The position numbers were made by a program, and so were the translations under genes. From the NCBI RefSeq assembly GCF_009914755.1, contig NC_060931.1: a DNA stretch of 64,000 nucleotides, one strand, 5' to 3'. Under the pieces are notes generated by a model that was given only the letters and a program-made list of their open reading frames with translations, was not told the DNA's origin and did not search any database. The stretch is from the human T2T-CHM13v2.0 reference genome, Homo sapiens. Position 1 is the first letter of the stretch. Each line of letters begins with the position of its first letter. Positions 42,591-56,624 of this stretch are shown one piece after another.

Positions 42591-44829
42591 TAGAAAAGCT
42601 ATTCCTAACAGTGTCTGCTCTTTTTTCTACCTACCATGCTTTCTCTCCATGCCTTTGTATCTTGTCTCATTCCTTTAAGCACCAGGTCAAATGTCACCAC
42701 CTCACAGAGGAATTCTCAACCATACTACATAAATTCATCACTTTTCCCTGCTTTCTGTCCTTCACATCAGGTTCCTATTGTTTCTTCAGACACTCACAAC
42801 CATGCAATTATTATATTTGTCTATTTACTTGTTTTCAGCCTCTTTTCTCCAGAATGTAAACAGCCCAAGAGAAAGTGTTTTTCACCAGAAGTCAAAAGCA
42901 CTTATCTTTGCACTGAGATAAAATAGTTGCCTAGATAAATATTAAATGAATAAAAAAAAGATGACTCTTTGAGGCAAGCAAGCAGAGTAGTCAAATTGGT
43001 ATATTAGCAAGGCGTGATGAACAAGGTTTCTACTGGAAAAGCATGGACTTTTTAATCCAATAATTTCTCTTTTTTTCTTAACTAGTAGAATGGAGAGGAT
43101 ATGGGTAAAAATAATCTTAGCTGACACAGAGACCATAAAGTTTCTTTTAAAGTTATGTGCAAAAAATTTTTCTATTTGCAATATCTGAATTTGTATATAA
43201 AATGTCCACAAAACTGTTTCATATGGAGTCAGAAAAAAAAAATAAAAGGATCACTGTTTCCTCATAAAATTTCAAAATTCAAGAAGGGTGAAGCCATCGC
43301 ATTAGCAACCTCAATGTAATCAAGAGTAATGATCTCTGGGCTCTGTCCCCCGACACCAGCTTTGATCCAGCAACATACTTAAAAGAGGCACTGCCACCAC
43401 TGCCAGTTTGCTCAGCTACCTACATCTTCAACTGCCAGCATCTGCTTTGGTTATGGGAATGCTCCTCGTAGCAAGCAGAAACTTCAACCCAAAGGATTGT
43501 AGAAGTATTTCCCTATGAAATTCAAGTATTGGCACTAGAATAAATGTTTAGATTCTTCAGAGAAAAGCAGCCAAACAAATTGTGTGGAAATATGCAGAGG
43601 GTACTATTTAACATTATATGGCTTTGCCAATTGCTAAAATTACTTTTAAAAGCTCATTAAGTTCTGTGAAGCAGGAAAATAATGACACCATAGCTGATCT
43701 CTCATTCAAAGTCATAAGTAGATTCCTAAATGGAAAGGAAAATAGAGTATCTGCATTTTTAGACTTTAAACAAATCCATGTACTATTTTACTTTACTTTA
43801 AATTTTTGAGACTATTAGTTCCAAGAAATGTATTATTTCACATCTTTTATGTATGTTTTAATCTAACCTCAATTTCCCAGAGTTGCTAAGAGACTAGAAT
43901 TCTATTATTGAACAAAAAATAAAAGTAAATTAAAATAAATTACAGCCATAGGAACTTGTTATTTGTAATACCTACAGCCTAACATATTCCTCCTTTTTCA
44001 GAAATTTCCAGATACATCACAGTCATAGTTATTTACATTTCAACTATTCCATAAGGAGTCTCCATAAACTAATCCTCCTACACTTCCAATGCTTTCTTCT
44101 ATCAATATTTTTTCTTTTGCTATACATAACAATGACTCTTGTATCATTCTCATTCCAGAATAACCTAAGTTCATCTTAGATCATTCTGTATAAAATGAAG
44201 AAGTTTGAAATATTTTTAAGTAGAGAATGTTACTAATCATATACTTTCCATTTTTCCAATTTACAGACACTTCACTTCCTATTTTTTTCTGCTGGGAATG
44301 TCTCTTCCTTGAAAGCTCCTTTCTAGAAAATTTCCAGTCATCTTTTAAGGTTAAATTTAATAGTTTCTTCTCTGTAAATCCCTTTAGGATGCTATAAAAT
44401 TTACATACAATTATCAAAAAGAGTTTTGCATTTCATAGTAATTATTTATTTATCAAACTCTCCATTAAACTTTAAGCTTCCTGCAGACAGTGACAGTGAC
44501 TAATGCTTAATACATAGTAGGAATTCATTAAGTGTTTAATGAATTAATGTTAATTCTATTACCTGAATAACTGTCTTTGCCACCCCCTTCTCTTTACATT
44601 TTACACTGCCACTGCTTGTAGGGACTTTTTCATCTAGTATATGGACTACTGCAGTTTCCAGCTAACTGGTCAATCTGATCTGGCTTCCTCTGCCTCCAGT
44701 ACTTCAACAGTTCTTTTTTCAGAGTAAATATTAATGGATGATAGTTTGCAGTAGCATCAACATTACTTTTCTGAATGTAAAATTAATGTGTATATTCATT
44801 ACATCACAAGAAATTGTAAGAAGTTATTC

Positions 44830-46440
44830 TACTACTAAAACAGGCCAAGAAAAAAGACAGAAAATAAGCTGATTTCACCTATGACCATAAGCAAAATCCT
44901 ATATAAAATATTGATAAGTCAAATCAGACAGACATTTTCAAAAATAGTATATCATGACCAAGGAATAGTTGTTTTAGGAAGATATAGATATTTCACCTTA
45001 GAATAGCCCAGTTCCTCCATAAATTAAGTGTGAACATCAACAATTTAAATAACTTCTCTGAGTCTGCTTTTATAGGTTTGAGAAACTGAAATCAATTAAA
45101 ACAAAAAGAAAACCATTCAGAGCAATGCCTGGAAGATACTAAATAAACAACTATGATTAATATTTTATTATTTTCAACTTGTAATGTAATCCTGTAAATT
45201 AACAGATGATGGCAAAAGCGGCCTAATCATTTCAATAAATGTCCCCCAAAATCTTTTTATTAATATTCCATTTTTATTCTTGCTAAAATATTAGGGTGTT
45301 AGAAAGTTCTTTAACTTTCACATTATCTACCATAGAGATATGTGAAAAAAATACTTAATGTTAAAATCTTTAAAATATTCCACTTAAAGACAAAAGGAAG
45401 AATGTTCACTCTCAATTAGTCCAATAATGCTATTACAGAACTCATAGTTAATGTACTAGGACAAGAAAATAAATACAAGGTAAAAGCTTTGGGAAAGAAA
45501 AGAACAAAAACTTTTATTATGTAGCAATATGACTGTCTACATAACAATCTAAATAAAACTGATGAATTACTAAATTAAACCAAGGTTAAGTATGAAATTT
45601 TGGAAAATCAATATAAGAACTGTAAAGAAATAAGTGGAGCAGTATACAGAGAACTAGAAATTATCAGGAAAAAATGATTAAAATTAGTGATAAGAAACTC
45701 AGCCTCATTAATAACCAATTAAATAATTAAAATACACAAAAATATTTTATTACAAATCAGATAAACAAAATTTTTTAAATATTGACAAAACTGGAAGAGA
45801 TAGGTAAATGGAGGGATGGATGGATGGATGGATGGATGGATGGATAGAAATAGAGATATACAGATATAGATACAGAAATAGATATAAGTAGATACACATA
45901 CTCTTTGAAAGCAAATCAGGAAATATTGTTCAAATATTTTCAAAGTGAAAAATACCTATTCTCAATTTATCTCTAGGTTTCTATCACAAGAAAATGCTCA
46001 AGAGTGTTCACTGAAACAGTATTTGTAATAGAAAACAAATGGAAGAAACCCAAATATTACCATCTATGGGAACTCCTTAAACAGTTTATGGTACATTAAT
46101 TGCATGAAATACGCAGTAGTTCAAATATTGAATTAAAAATAAAGGATTTTAAAATAATTAATGAAAAGATCCCAAGAACTTTAGTGAAAAAGCAAGTCAT
46201 AATAACAGACTTATCCAAATGTATATGTAAAAAAATAAATATCTGATTCTATATGCAGTCACACAAGGAGCACTGTAAGCAGTGAACACTACTGAAAAGA
46301 CACATGTGAACTGTTAATAATAAAACGGGTAGTGTAAGCAGGAGATGGGTTATAAGGGGTGTCCTCTCTAGTTTATTTTGTATATAACTTATTAGCTGCT
46401 TGCATCTTTTGCAAAATAATGCATAGTAATGTAATGAAAA
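44830..46440 (+). mobile_element. ancient L1 (L1M-type) remnants
   Basis: A-rich; atatcatgaccaag, aatatgactgtctacata and agtatttgtaatagaaaacaaatggaagaaacccaaat. Confidence 0.6.
45814..45845 (+). repeat. (GGAT)8 microsatellite
   Basis: Direct read. Confidence 0.95.
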
Positions 46441-46831
46441 TAGAAATATTAAAGGCTAATTCACACCTAGTCACAGAAAGAGTGTACTAATTAACATGAT
46501 TTAGAGTATTTCTCATTTAGTAAGGTTATAGCAAAGTGATGGGTAAAGTTCATGCGCTCTGGGCTAGACTTGGGTTTTAATTCTGGTGTGGCTGTTTATG
46601 AGACGATGTGAGACAGTTACATCATCATTTTAAAAATTAGGCCAGTAATGGCACGTAATTCACAAGGTTTTTGTAAGGATTAAAAAAAATCTTATATAGA
46701 AAATGTTTAAGGCAATGTATGGTACGTAATAAATATTTACTAAGTTTCTGGGGTTGCACTACAAAGTCTAAAATGCTAAGAGTTCGAGCTTAAGGCTGAC
46801 AAATAAAAGTATTGCTAATCTACAGCCCTAA

Positions 46832-47129
<298 letters not shown>

Positions 47130-48103
47130 AGCTTTAATTCTTTTAAGAACCAATAATTATTTCCATTAGAACAGCTGTGCTCTTGATATAAAACTCTACC
47201 AAAAAATCATTTATTCTAGATGAGACTTTAAAAAAACTTTTCACTTTAATGAAATTCTATGAAATGTTTAACATGCAATTTCTTTAAAAGACTATAGGCC
47301 TAGTATGTTGTACAACTGTTTGTCATTTTCATGCTTTTAATTCCCTTCAGTATTTTTTCTATATTTAATAAACATTCTGTTATTAGAAAAAGAAAATGAA
47401 ATTAACTAAACTTCAATTTCATATACTGAACAAACTAATATAATTTGAAGCTTAAAAACTGTAGATTATTGGATTTGGATATTATCTTTGGTATGTATTT
47501 TTGTATGATACAAAAAGCATGCTCAACTACAAGCTTAATTAACTTACATATAAATTCTGTTCCAAGGCAACATCCCCAAAATTAAAAATATAGCAAACAA
47601 AAATATTAGCTCAAAAATAAGCTATAAACTTCAAAATATTGTGTGGCTTTACTGTAGCGTTTCCAAAACTACCAGGTAATTTTAACATAAATATTCCTCC
47701 AAAAACCTGTTCAATCCTCTGGAAATAAGTATGAGATTCCTCAGTGCATTTAAGATATGAAGGAATTCGTTCTCTAATAAGTCACTTACAAAACTGAGTA
47801 GTACAAAGAAAGCAGAAATAAATTCAATGAGGCAAAATCTAATATTGTATAAAATTTTGCAGTATATTGTTATGAAGCAGATTTTTATTTTCTAATCTTA
47901 CCTAAGACATAAAAGAGAATAATTTTATTCAAATTTAGAATAGGGTTTGCAGAGAAAAATCTTGATAATTGCTTATAAAATCTTCAATTTTCAAAATACA
48001 TGATATCACCCTGTTTTTTGAAGGACTTGCAAAGAATCTACAGCAATGGATGATTAAGTATTACTATGTGTAGAATCAAGAGAATGGTTTACAGTTTCCT
48101 CTA

Positions 48104-48458
<355 letters not shown>

Positions 48459-51400
48459 TTGAGTATTGAACACATTTTAGAATTATCAGGTTCTACCTAG
48501 ACTGCCTTTATCCATTTAACTCATTTAGTGTTGGAAAGAATCTTCTAATTGAGGTTACTAAAATCAAAAATTCTTTATTGTTTTTCTAATAACATAGTAA
48601 TATGTTTCTCATCCTTTAAGAAAAACCACACGGTCCACAAAAACACTCCACACACTTATAGACTTGTTGATTAAACTAGCTCCCGTCTGTTCCTCAAGCA
48701 AGCCTCAACCTTTATAATTCATTTTTAAGAACTTAATTTTCTGTGCTGTCAATTCCCCCTTTTTAATTGTTACAGGATCTCATACATAATGCACAATTGT
48801 ATTAAAACACATCGTACTGCCTTGTGACATAGCATAAGTTGTCAAGTAAAATGTAATAATCTTTGACCTCCACCCACCCATTGACTTCAATAAAAAATAA
48901 AAATTATGCCTACAATCTGGCTAAAAGGGCTTTTAGACTGTGGCACCAGTAACTCCCTAGCTAATGTACAGAACACTGAGCTCCTTAGACACTCTCCATT
49001 CTGTTACAAATATTTTCCTATTGTGTTTTCAAGGGTTGAATGTATAAATAGTTATTTACAGAATAAATCTATGCATTAGTGTATCTCCAAATAAGTTCAG
49101 TGTGATCATACATTTTAAAACAAAAATATGCAATTGGTGTTTCACTTGCTTCTATCTAGACAAGTGTACGAAAAAAGTAAATCATAGTTTCAAACAATAC
49201 AATCAGGGCAGTATTTTCTAAAGAAAACCATCCTGAAAATGGAAGGCTATTTAACAAAAGTTGTGTCACCCATGGGAAGGCTTCCTTCTGTTGCCAGCTA
49301 AAGGTTGACATGGGTCAGTCCGCACGAAACCAGACATGAACAACATTCAAGGCAAACCAGTTCCAATATAGCTTACTTGCCAGGGAACATTACACTTCCT
49401 CTCCAAGACAGTGTAAATGTTTTAAGGTCAGAAGAACACAATGCCTGTCAAAGTGTTTCATGTATGTTAAAAAGACAGGTAATTTAGGAAGAGTCTCTGA
49501 CATTTAAAAGGGAGTCATGCTTTCACCATCTCCCCCTCCTCCAACTTGACACCTAATTAAGCATCAATACAAAACAATATAATTGACCAGATGTACTAGT
49601 CATTAACAGGAATCACCCATTCTCCTATCAAATCAGAGCGTACAGACACGGCTCTATTTGTAATAGGTTGACTTAATTGCCTGAGAATTCCCCAGAGAAA
49701 TGTACAAATGGATCAAGACATCTCACACATCCACACGCACACACCCCACAGACAAACACATGCGCTCCTCCTAAGCTTTGATCCATGCTTTTGTCACTGT
49801 TTCATCCATCTTTGCAAATGAGAATTTATGGTGGCCACAATCAGTACTAGAAGATCAATTAAATAAATGGAAAAATAAATAAAGCCGAATGAAAGGTACC
49901 AGCATTCAGATTTAGCAACACCTTAATAATAAAAGCTTTTTATACAGCAGTGCTTTGCACAATGTAGTTGCTTAAATTTTGTTGGTAAAAACAAAGCACA
50001 TACCTGCTTTGAAAATTTAAAAAAAGAACACACTAAACAAACAAAAATGCCCCCCAAAAAAAGAAAAAAGACTACAAAAGAATTCTTTCCCCTGGCAACA
50101 CCCCTCTTGGATATGTAGATTGTATCTGCTGACTACGTGGCTCAGTTTTCCCTTATTAAAACCTATCTCAATAAAATCATTTTGAAAGTAGAAAATAAGG
50201 GATCTCTCTAAAGGATTAAGTACGTAGCTGGATTTAGAATTCAGAAAACAGATTCCAGTTTTCTAATCCCCAACAAGCTAAGGGCACTAATGCGAAGGAA
50301 TATAAGAGATTTACTCCCAAAAATATCATATTGGATCTGAATTTCAAATGAAAAATTGGCACTCCCTCCTGGAGTCAGAGAGATAGAAGAAAAAATGAGC
50401 AGAAACAATACAGAAACACAACTTTCAAACAGAATGTCCCACCCTCACATGCCCCCACCAACATACACACGCATGCACACACACTGAAACACTGAGGTCT
50501 TTCACTTTTCTATCTGTCTTACCCCATCACCCTCAGGCCAGTGGAGAATGCAGTCACTGGTGGCTGCTTGCATTTCAGGTTCTAGAGATGACATTGTCAT
50601 GGCTTATTCCTGGGCTTTTTCCAGTGCCATAGATTTCCCAGCCACATCACCAAATCCCTCCTGTTAGAACTGCAGGTGCCAAGATCAAATTTCCAGCCAC
50701 CCTGATCACAAGAGTATGGGGGTGTAGAAATGGGGAGTGTGTGTCCAGTTCTAACCTCTTCTCATACAAAATGTTCCCAGTTGGTTACCCCAGCCCCATG
50801 GCGCCTCTTTTCTCCTATTTTCTTGGAGTACGTATTATCTACACCACTCATTGGTCCACTTAATCAGGCACTGCTTTCAACACTTCTTACAATTCTGTAT
50901 TTTTTTATTACAAAGTTAACGAGCTTTCTGTGTGTATTTTCTCCTCCATAAAGAAGTAGATTTTTGAGGGCAAGGCACGACCTGTATTTCTTTGTATTTA
51001 GCACAGTGCTTAGTAAATATATTCAATGCCCCCCAAATATTATTGATTTCATTGTAGACTGTCTTAATTGCCCACAGCCCCAAACAGCATGTCTTTGAGG
51101 TCTCTAGGGTGAAAATCAGTTACTGGTGATTGCCTCGGGCTCTCCTGACTCCAGGAGGAAGCTTAATGACTGAAAACACATTGGCTGTCCATCAGTAAAA
51201 CAAGACCACGTGTCACTGTGTTTCTGTGTCATCTAAAGCTGGGGGATAGAAAATAGGTGTTCCAAAGGGCATCTTCAGGGCCTTAAGCCCCCTACCTCTT
51301 GTTAAATATGAGAAGTCTGTGCTTCTTTTCTCAAAAACATACACAAAAAAAAATCTGCCTGGTGTCCAATTCATCAGCCTGGGAGATGGGTAAGAAATGT

Positions 51401-53380
51401 AGTTAGATCCCAAACATGGCTAAATCCTTTAAAAACAAATTTTTAAATTACTAGGAGCTTTTAATGGATATTTATCCGTCTTGCCATATGACTAAGCAGA
51501 TGAACAAATACCTATCACTCACACACTAGAAATGAAACAAGATTTAATGCACACAGCACCAATCATACATTTCACTCTATTGTTATCAAAATTACAAAAC
51601 AGCTGGGAACCTGACAATGACAACCTAACACTCATGATTTTAGATATTGTCCTTGCTTTACTTCCCAAATAGGAGGCTAATATTCTCTTTAAAGGGAAAC
51701 AACCATGAGATAAAATATAACCTTTGAATATGAACTGTGTATTTTTCTCACAGTAAGTAAACAATAGATATTCCAAAACAGCAGGCATCTTATTAATTCA
51801 GTAGGGTCAGCAATGATTAAACTCTTCTCATCTGAAAGGAACAGTTGCACACTTCTTTTCCGAATATACATCTCTGTATATAACTTTTAAAAATTCATGT
51901 GGGTTAGAAGCCTGGATCTGTGTATGTATAGAATTTCCATATAGTACCAAGCTTGATTAAATTTTCCCTTGCTACTAGCCTTCTCAGAGACTAGCAAATA
52001 AAATATTTGGCTGTGAACAGCATTTCAGCTCACCGTTGATGAAAGTGAGCTGTACTGAGCAATGTCAGCTTTATACTTTTAAGAAAATCTTTTAGGCGAT
52101 GGAGGAAAACAGAAACAAAACCAACACTACTTTAGAATAAAATGCTGAACAATGAAATGGAGGGTTATTAATTCTCTGCCACTTGAAGATTGTTTTCCAC
52201 CCTTCAGCATGCTGAGATAATTATATACACATGACACTGTATAATACATGCTGTTTGCCTACTTCAAAACTGTTCTCTAATGCAAGGATTATTGATAGAA
52301 GCTTCTTGTGCATCATGTTAAAGGCACAAAAAATTACCTAATTTCCACTAGAGCTAATCCATTATTCAAATTTTGTCAGGAAAATCTGGATGAATTGTGT
52401 AAAACTGCCAGGTTCCATTCCTAATAAAAATTGATTCATTTTTATTGGGGTCATACAGTCAGCTTTTAAAATCTAACATCTCTTCTTTTGCCAAAAAACC
52501 TAACATTCCAGTTATTGATTAAAGCTTCAGAGTTGCTTTGGAAGGTATTAGATTTTCTTTTCTATTTAGATCAGAATTGTTATATTGGATCAATGCAATT
52601 GTAACCATCTGTAGGATTCAACTCTCCATGCTGGCATGTCTTGTCCCCTATTTTATTTTCAGAGCTAGTATAGCCACTATAACTTTTAGTAATTCTAACA
52701 AGAATGCAGGCAGAAAAATCTAATAAAAATTATGAGAGGAATTATTTTGGCTTTTTCTCCCTAAATTGAAATATTTGCCTCCTTCTTTCTGGGTCAAGGT
52801 ATACTCCCTCACCTTCCCCTGCATAATGGAAGGATTTGATCATCTTACTCCTTGACACTTGAAATATTGATTGGCCCATGAATACTAATAATCAAGAGTC
52901 ACTGTGATTAGAGGTTAGGAACCCTTTAAAGGACAGATCTTTTTCTTGCACTTTCTGCCCCTTGCCACATGATCATAAGGCCTCGACTGAAACGTTCCCA
53001 ATCTCTTTCTCTTCCTGGTCCAAAGAATTTGCATAGAGAGGAAAGCCCAAGTCCCCTTGTGAACCTAGCTTTTTCTTTCTACGGTTGATGTTAAAAACAA
53101 AACAAATTCCTAAAGGTCATCTAAGTCAAACCTTCATCCAAAGGATGTAGTCTAAATATACTACATTTTGGCTTTATCTTCTCACTTGGGAGTTCAGGTC
53201 TCCAGAGTCAGAACTGGGATTCCTATCATGTATGGCCTGTATGATCCTGGGCAGGATGCTTTGTCTCCTTAAATTTGTATTTTCTTTCCTGTAAAATATA
53301 GCTACTTAGCATTACCTTTCTCTTAGGAATGCTGTGAGAAGTAAATAAAATAATGGATTAAATGGGTTTAAGAATATTAA

Positions 53381-53686
53381 GGCTGGGTGTGGTGGCGCAT
53401 GCTTGTAATTCCAGCACTTTGGGAGGACAAGGCAAGAGGACTGCTTGAGCCCAGGAATTCAAGACCATCCTGGGCAACATTGTGAGACCTGTCTCTACAA
53501 AAAAATGTTTTTAATTAGCTGGGCGTGGTGGCATGTGCCTGTAGTCCCAGCTACTAAGAAGGCTGAGGCAGGAGGATCATTGGAGCCCAGGAAGTCCAGA
53601 TTGCAGTGAACCGTGTTAGTGCCACTGCACTTCAGCCTGGGTGGCAGAGCAAGACCCTATCTCTGAAAATAAATAAATAAATAAAT
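53381..53686 (+). mobile_element. AluJ inserted in a MIR (about 53190-53730)
   Basis: gcttgagcccagg and ggaggatca diagnostics; (AAAT) tail; MIR core upstream. Confidence 0.92.
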
Positions 53687-54200
53687 TTAAAAAATATTTA
53701 CTATAGAAGTGCTCAATAGCAGTTATTGTAACTATATTCAACATTATGAGTGATTATGAGCTCAGTTTCTTAAAAATTATATTTTGTTATTGTTTTTTAA
53801 CGATAGAATTTCTTTTGAACCATACTGTCTCCCTATAATTTTTGTGCATTACAGCTATCTCTACATTTCTGATGCTTTCATTATATGCCTAATTTTGTCA
53901 TGAATTCTCCAGACTTGTTAAAAACACCAAATTATTAGTTACTCTTCCTAGACTGTGATTTCTTAATACATTAGCATCCTAGTTATCTCCTTAAAAATAA
54001 CCTAACTTGCCAATAAATTTGTTAAATAGAATTTGACTCTGAGACCTGAAGCCACCATTGAAGATGTCCTCTGGCCAGAATGAAGTTCTGTATTTGTCAG
54101 GATGGCAATTTCATATTCATATTCAATTTCACTTCCTAGGTTTTAAGTTATATTGTTCTTTCTGCTGCTGCTGTTGCTACTGTATGTGTGCAGGGGTTGA

Positions 54201-54203
<3 letters not shown>

Positions 54204-54255
<52 letters not shown>
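54204..54255 (+). repeat. (GT)26 microsatellite
   Basis: Direct read, uninterrupted. Confidence 0.97.
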
Positions 54256-54258
<3 letters not shown>

Positions 54259-55931
54259 ACTCGGGAGCTGCATCTAAGCCAGTTCTCCTCAACTCTGTAT
54301 TATAGATTTTAAATTTAATGTAAAATTATATCTGTCTCTGTTAAATTGTGTTTTTTAAACAGGGGTGAGAGAGGGGACTGGGAGAAGAAGTGGTGCCTTT
54401 TCATGTGTGTGGCCTATAGTAGTTCTTTAATTCAGTTTCTCAAATGTTTCCCCAACCATTAGCATTATAGTTCATTTGTAAGCTTTAAAAATTACAGATT
54501 GTCTGATGCAACTCCATATCTACTGACTGACGAATTTCAAAGCATAGATCACAAGAATCCATGGAAACATAATTCATAATTTTTTTCACCTAAAGTTTTT
54601 AAGCCCTTCTCCCTAGAAAAATGTTTCAAAGACAATCTTGATAAATCATAGAAGCATCTAAATATTTTTTACCATTTAAAATTTGAGAAATATTTTAACA
54701 AATACAAACATATTTCTTCATTATCACTTGTAACAATTTATGAACTATTTGTTTTAGAAAAAATGATTATTTTTATCTAACTTAAACTTATCTGAACTTC
54801 TCTGAAAAGGACATTTAGGAAAACGTGGTCTGTGTGTCTATACTTGTTGTCCTGGGATGCATTCAAAGATTACTGACTACTCAGACAATTGTCTAAAATT
54901 TCAAAATTAATACATATCTTGAACCACTCACTAACTTTTTAAAAACACAAAGTTCTGTTGATATGTTTTGTTTTAACTATGGTAAGAACTGGAAATAATT
55001 TGTTTTCACCTCTGTTTCTTGACTCTTTCACTGTAAAGAGTGCCAACTCATTCCTTCTATGAAATCTATGGGAATTATCTCATGTGTACTATTGTCCTCT
55101 CTTCCTATATATATCCATCTTTCTTTCTCTTACCCTTCCTCCAATCTTTGTTATAATTTATTTTTAATTTTTACACTATTTTCCATTAAAAATAAGTAAC
55201 ATCTTAATATTGGACTATCCATAGGCTTTAGGCAATATTTTTTACTCCCTAAGTATGAAAAGTAAAATAAATTAGTGCCTTGCCACATCCCTTCATCATC
55301 CCATAACCCACCTTCTCTCCACTATAGCATTACTTTTAAATTGTCAAGTTTATTACATTTACATTCTATTTTCAAACTATAATTGTCTCCTATCACAGTA
55401 TCCATGAAGCAGAAAGTTTTGGCATTAAAGCATGGTTCATTTCAAATCTCAAATTTTCTCACCTCCAAAGAAGATGATAAAATTAAAGTAGGAAAATTAG
55501 TTTTGTGATCAACTGGAAAGGTAGAAAACATCCAAAACATGTACAACAACTCAAGCCTGTGCTTTCATGTAATTCATAATATCAACTTTATGTCAATACT
55601 TCCTTTATACCAGAGTCTAGACATAGAGGAAAAAATCCTATGATTGATAGGTAAAAATATCCTATGATTAAGTTTTATATGTTTGGAGAATTGATCATTC
55701 AATTTTTGATGTGAGTGATTCCAAACTATTATATAATAAAAAGTCTGCTCTAACTCTAGACATTCTGCTAGAACATATTTTTATAGAGACAGGCGGCAAG
55801 TGAGAGGGAAGGGCCTCCATTCAATAAGCATTTTGACTAATTTCACAAAATTATATATTTTGTGAAATATATAATTAAAATTTATATAATTAAAATTTCA
55901 CAAAATTATAAATTTTCACAAAACTTTATAA

Positions 55932-56261
<330 letters not shown>

Positions 56262-56297
56262 ACATTTATTATTAATGTGTATAAATATGTCCTTGAC

Positions 56298-56624
<327 letters not shown>

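Noticed and set aside
52026-52052. cagctcac...gtgagctg hairpin as a small RNA
   Set aside because: An 8-bp stem is expected by chance in 64 kb; no miRNA-length stem or snoRNA box arrangement
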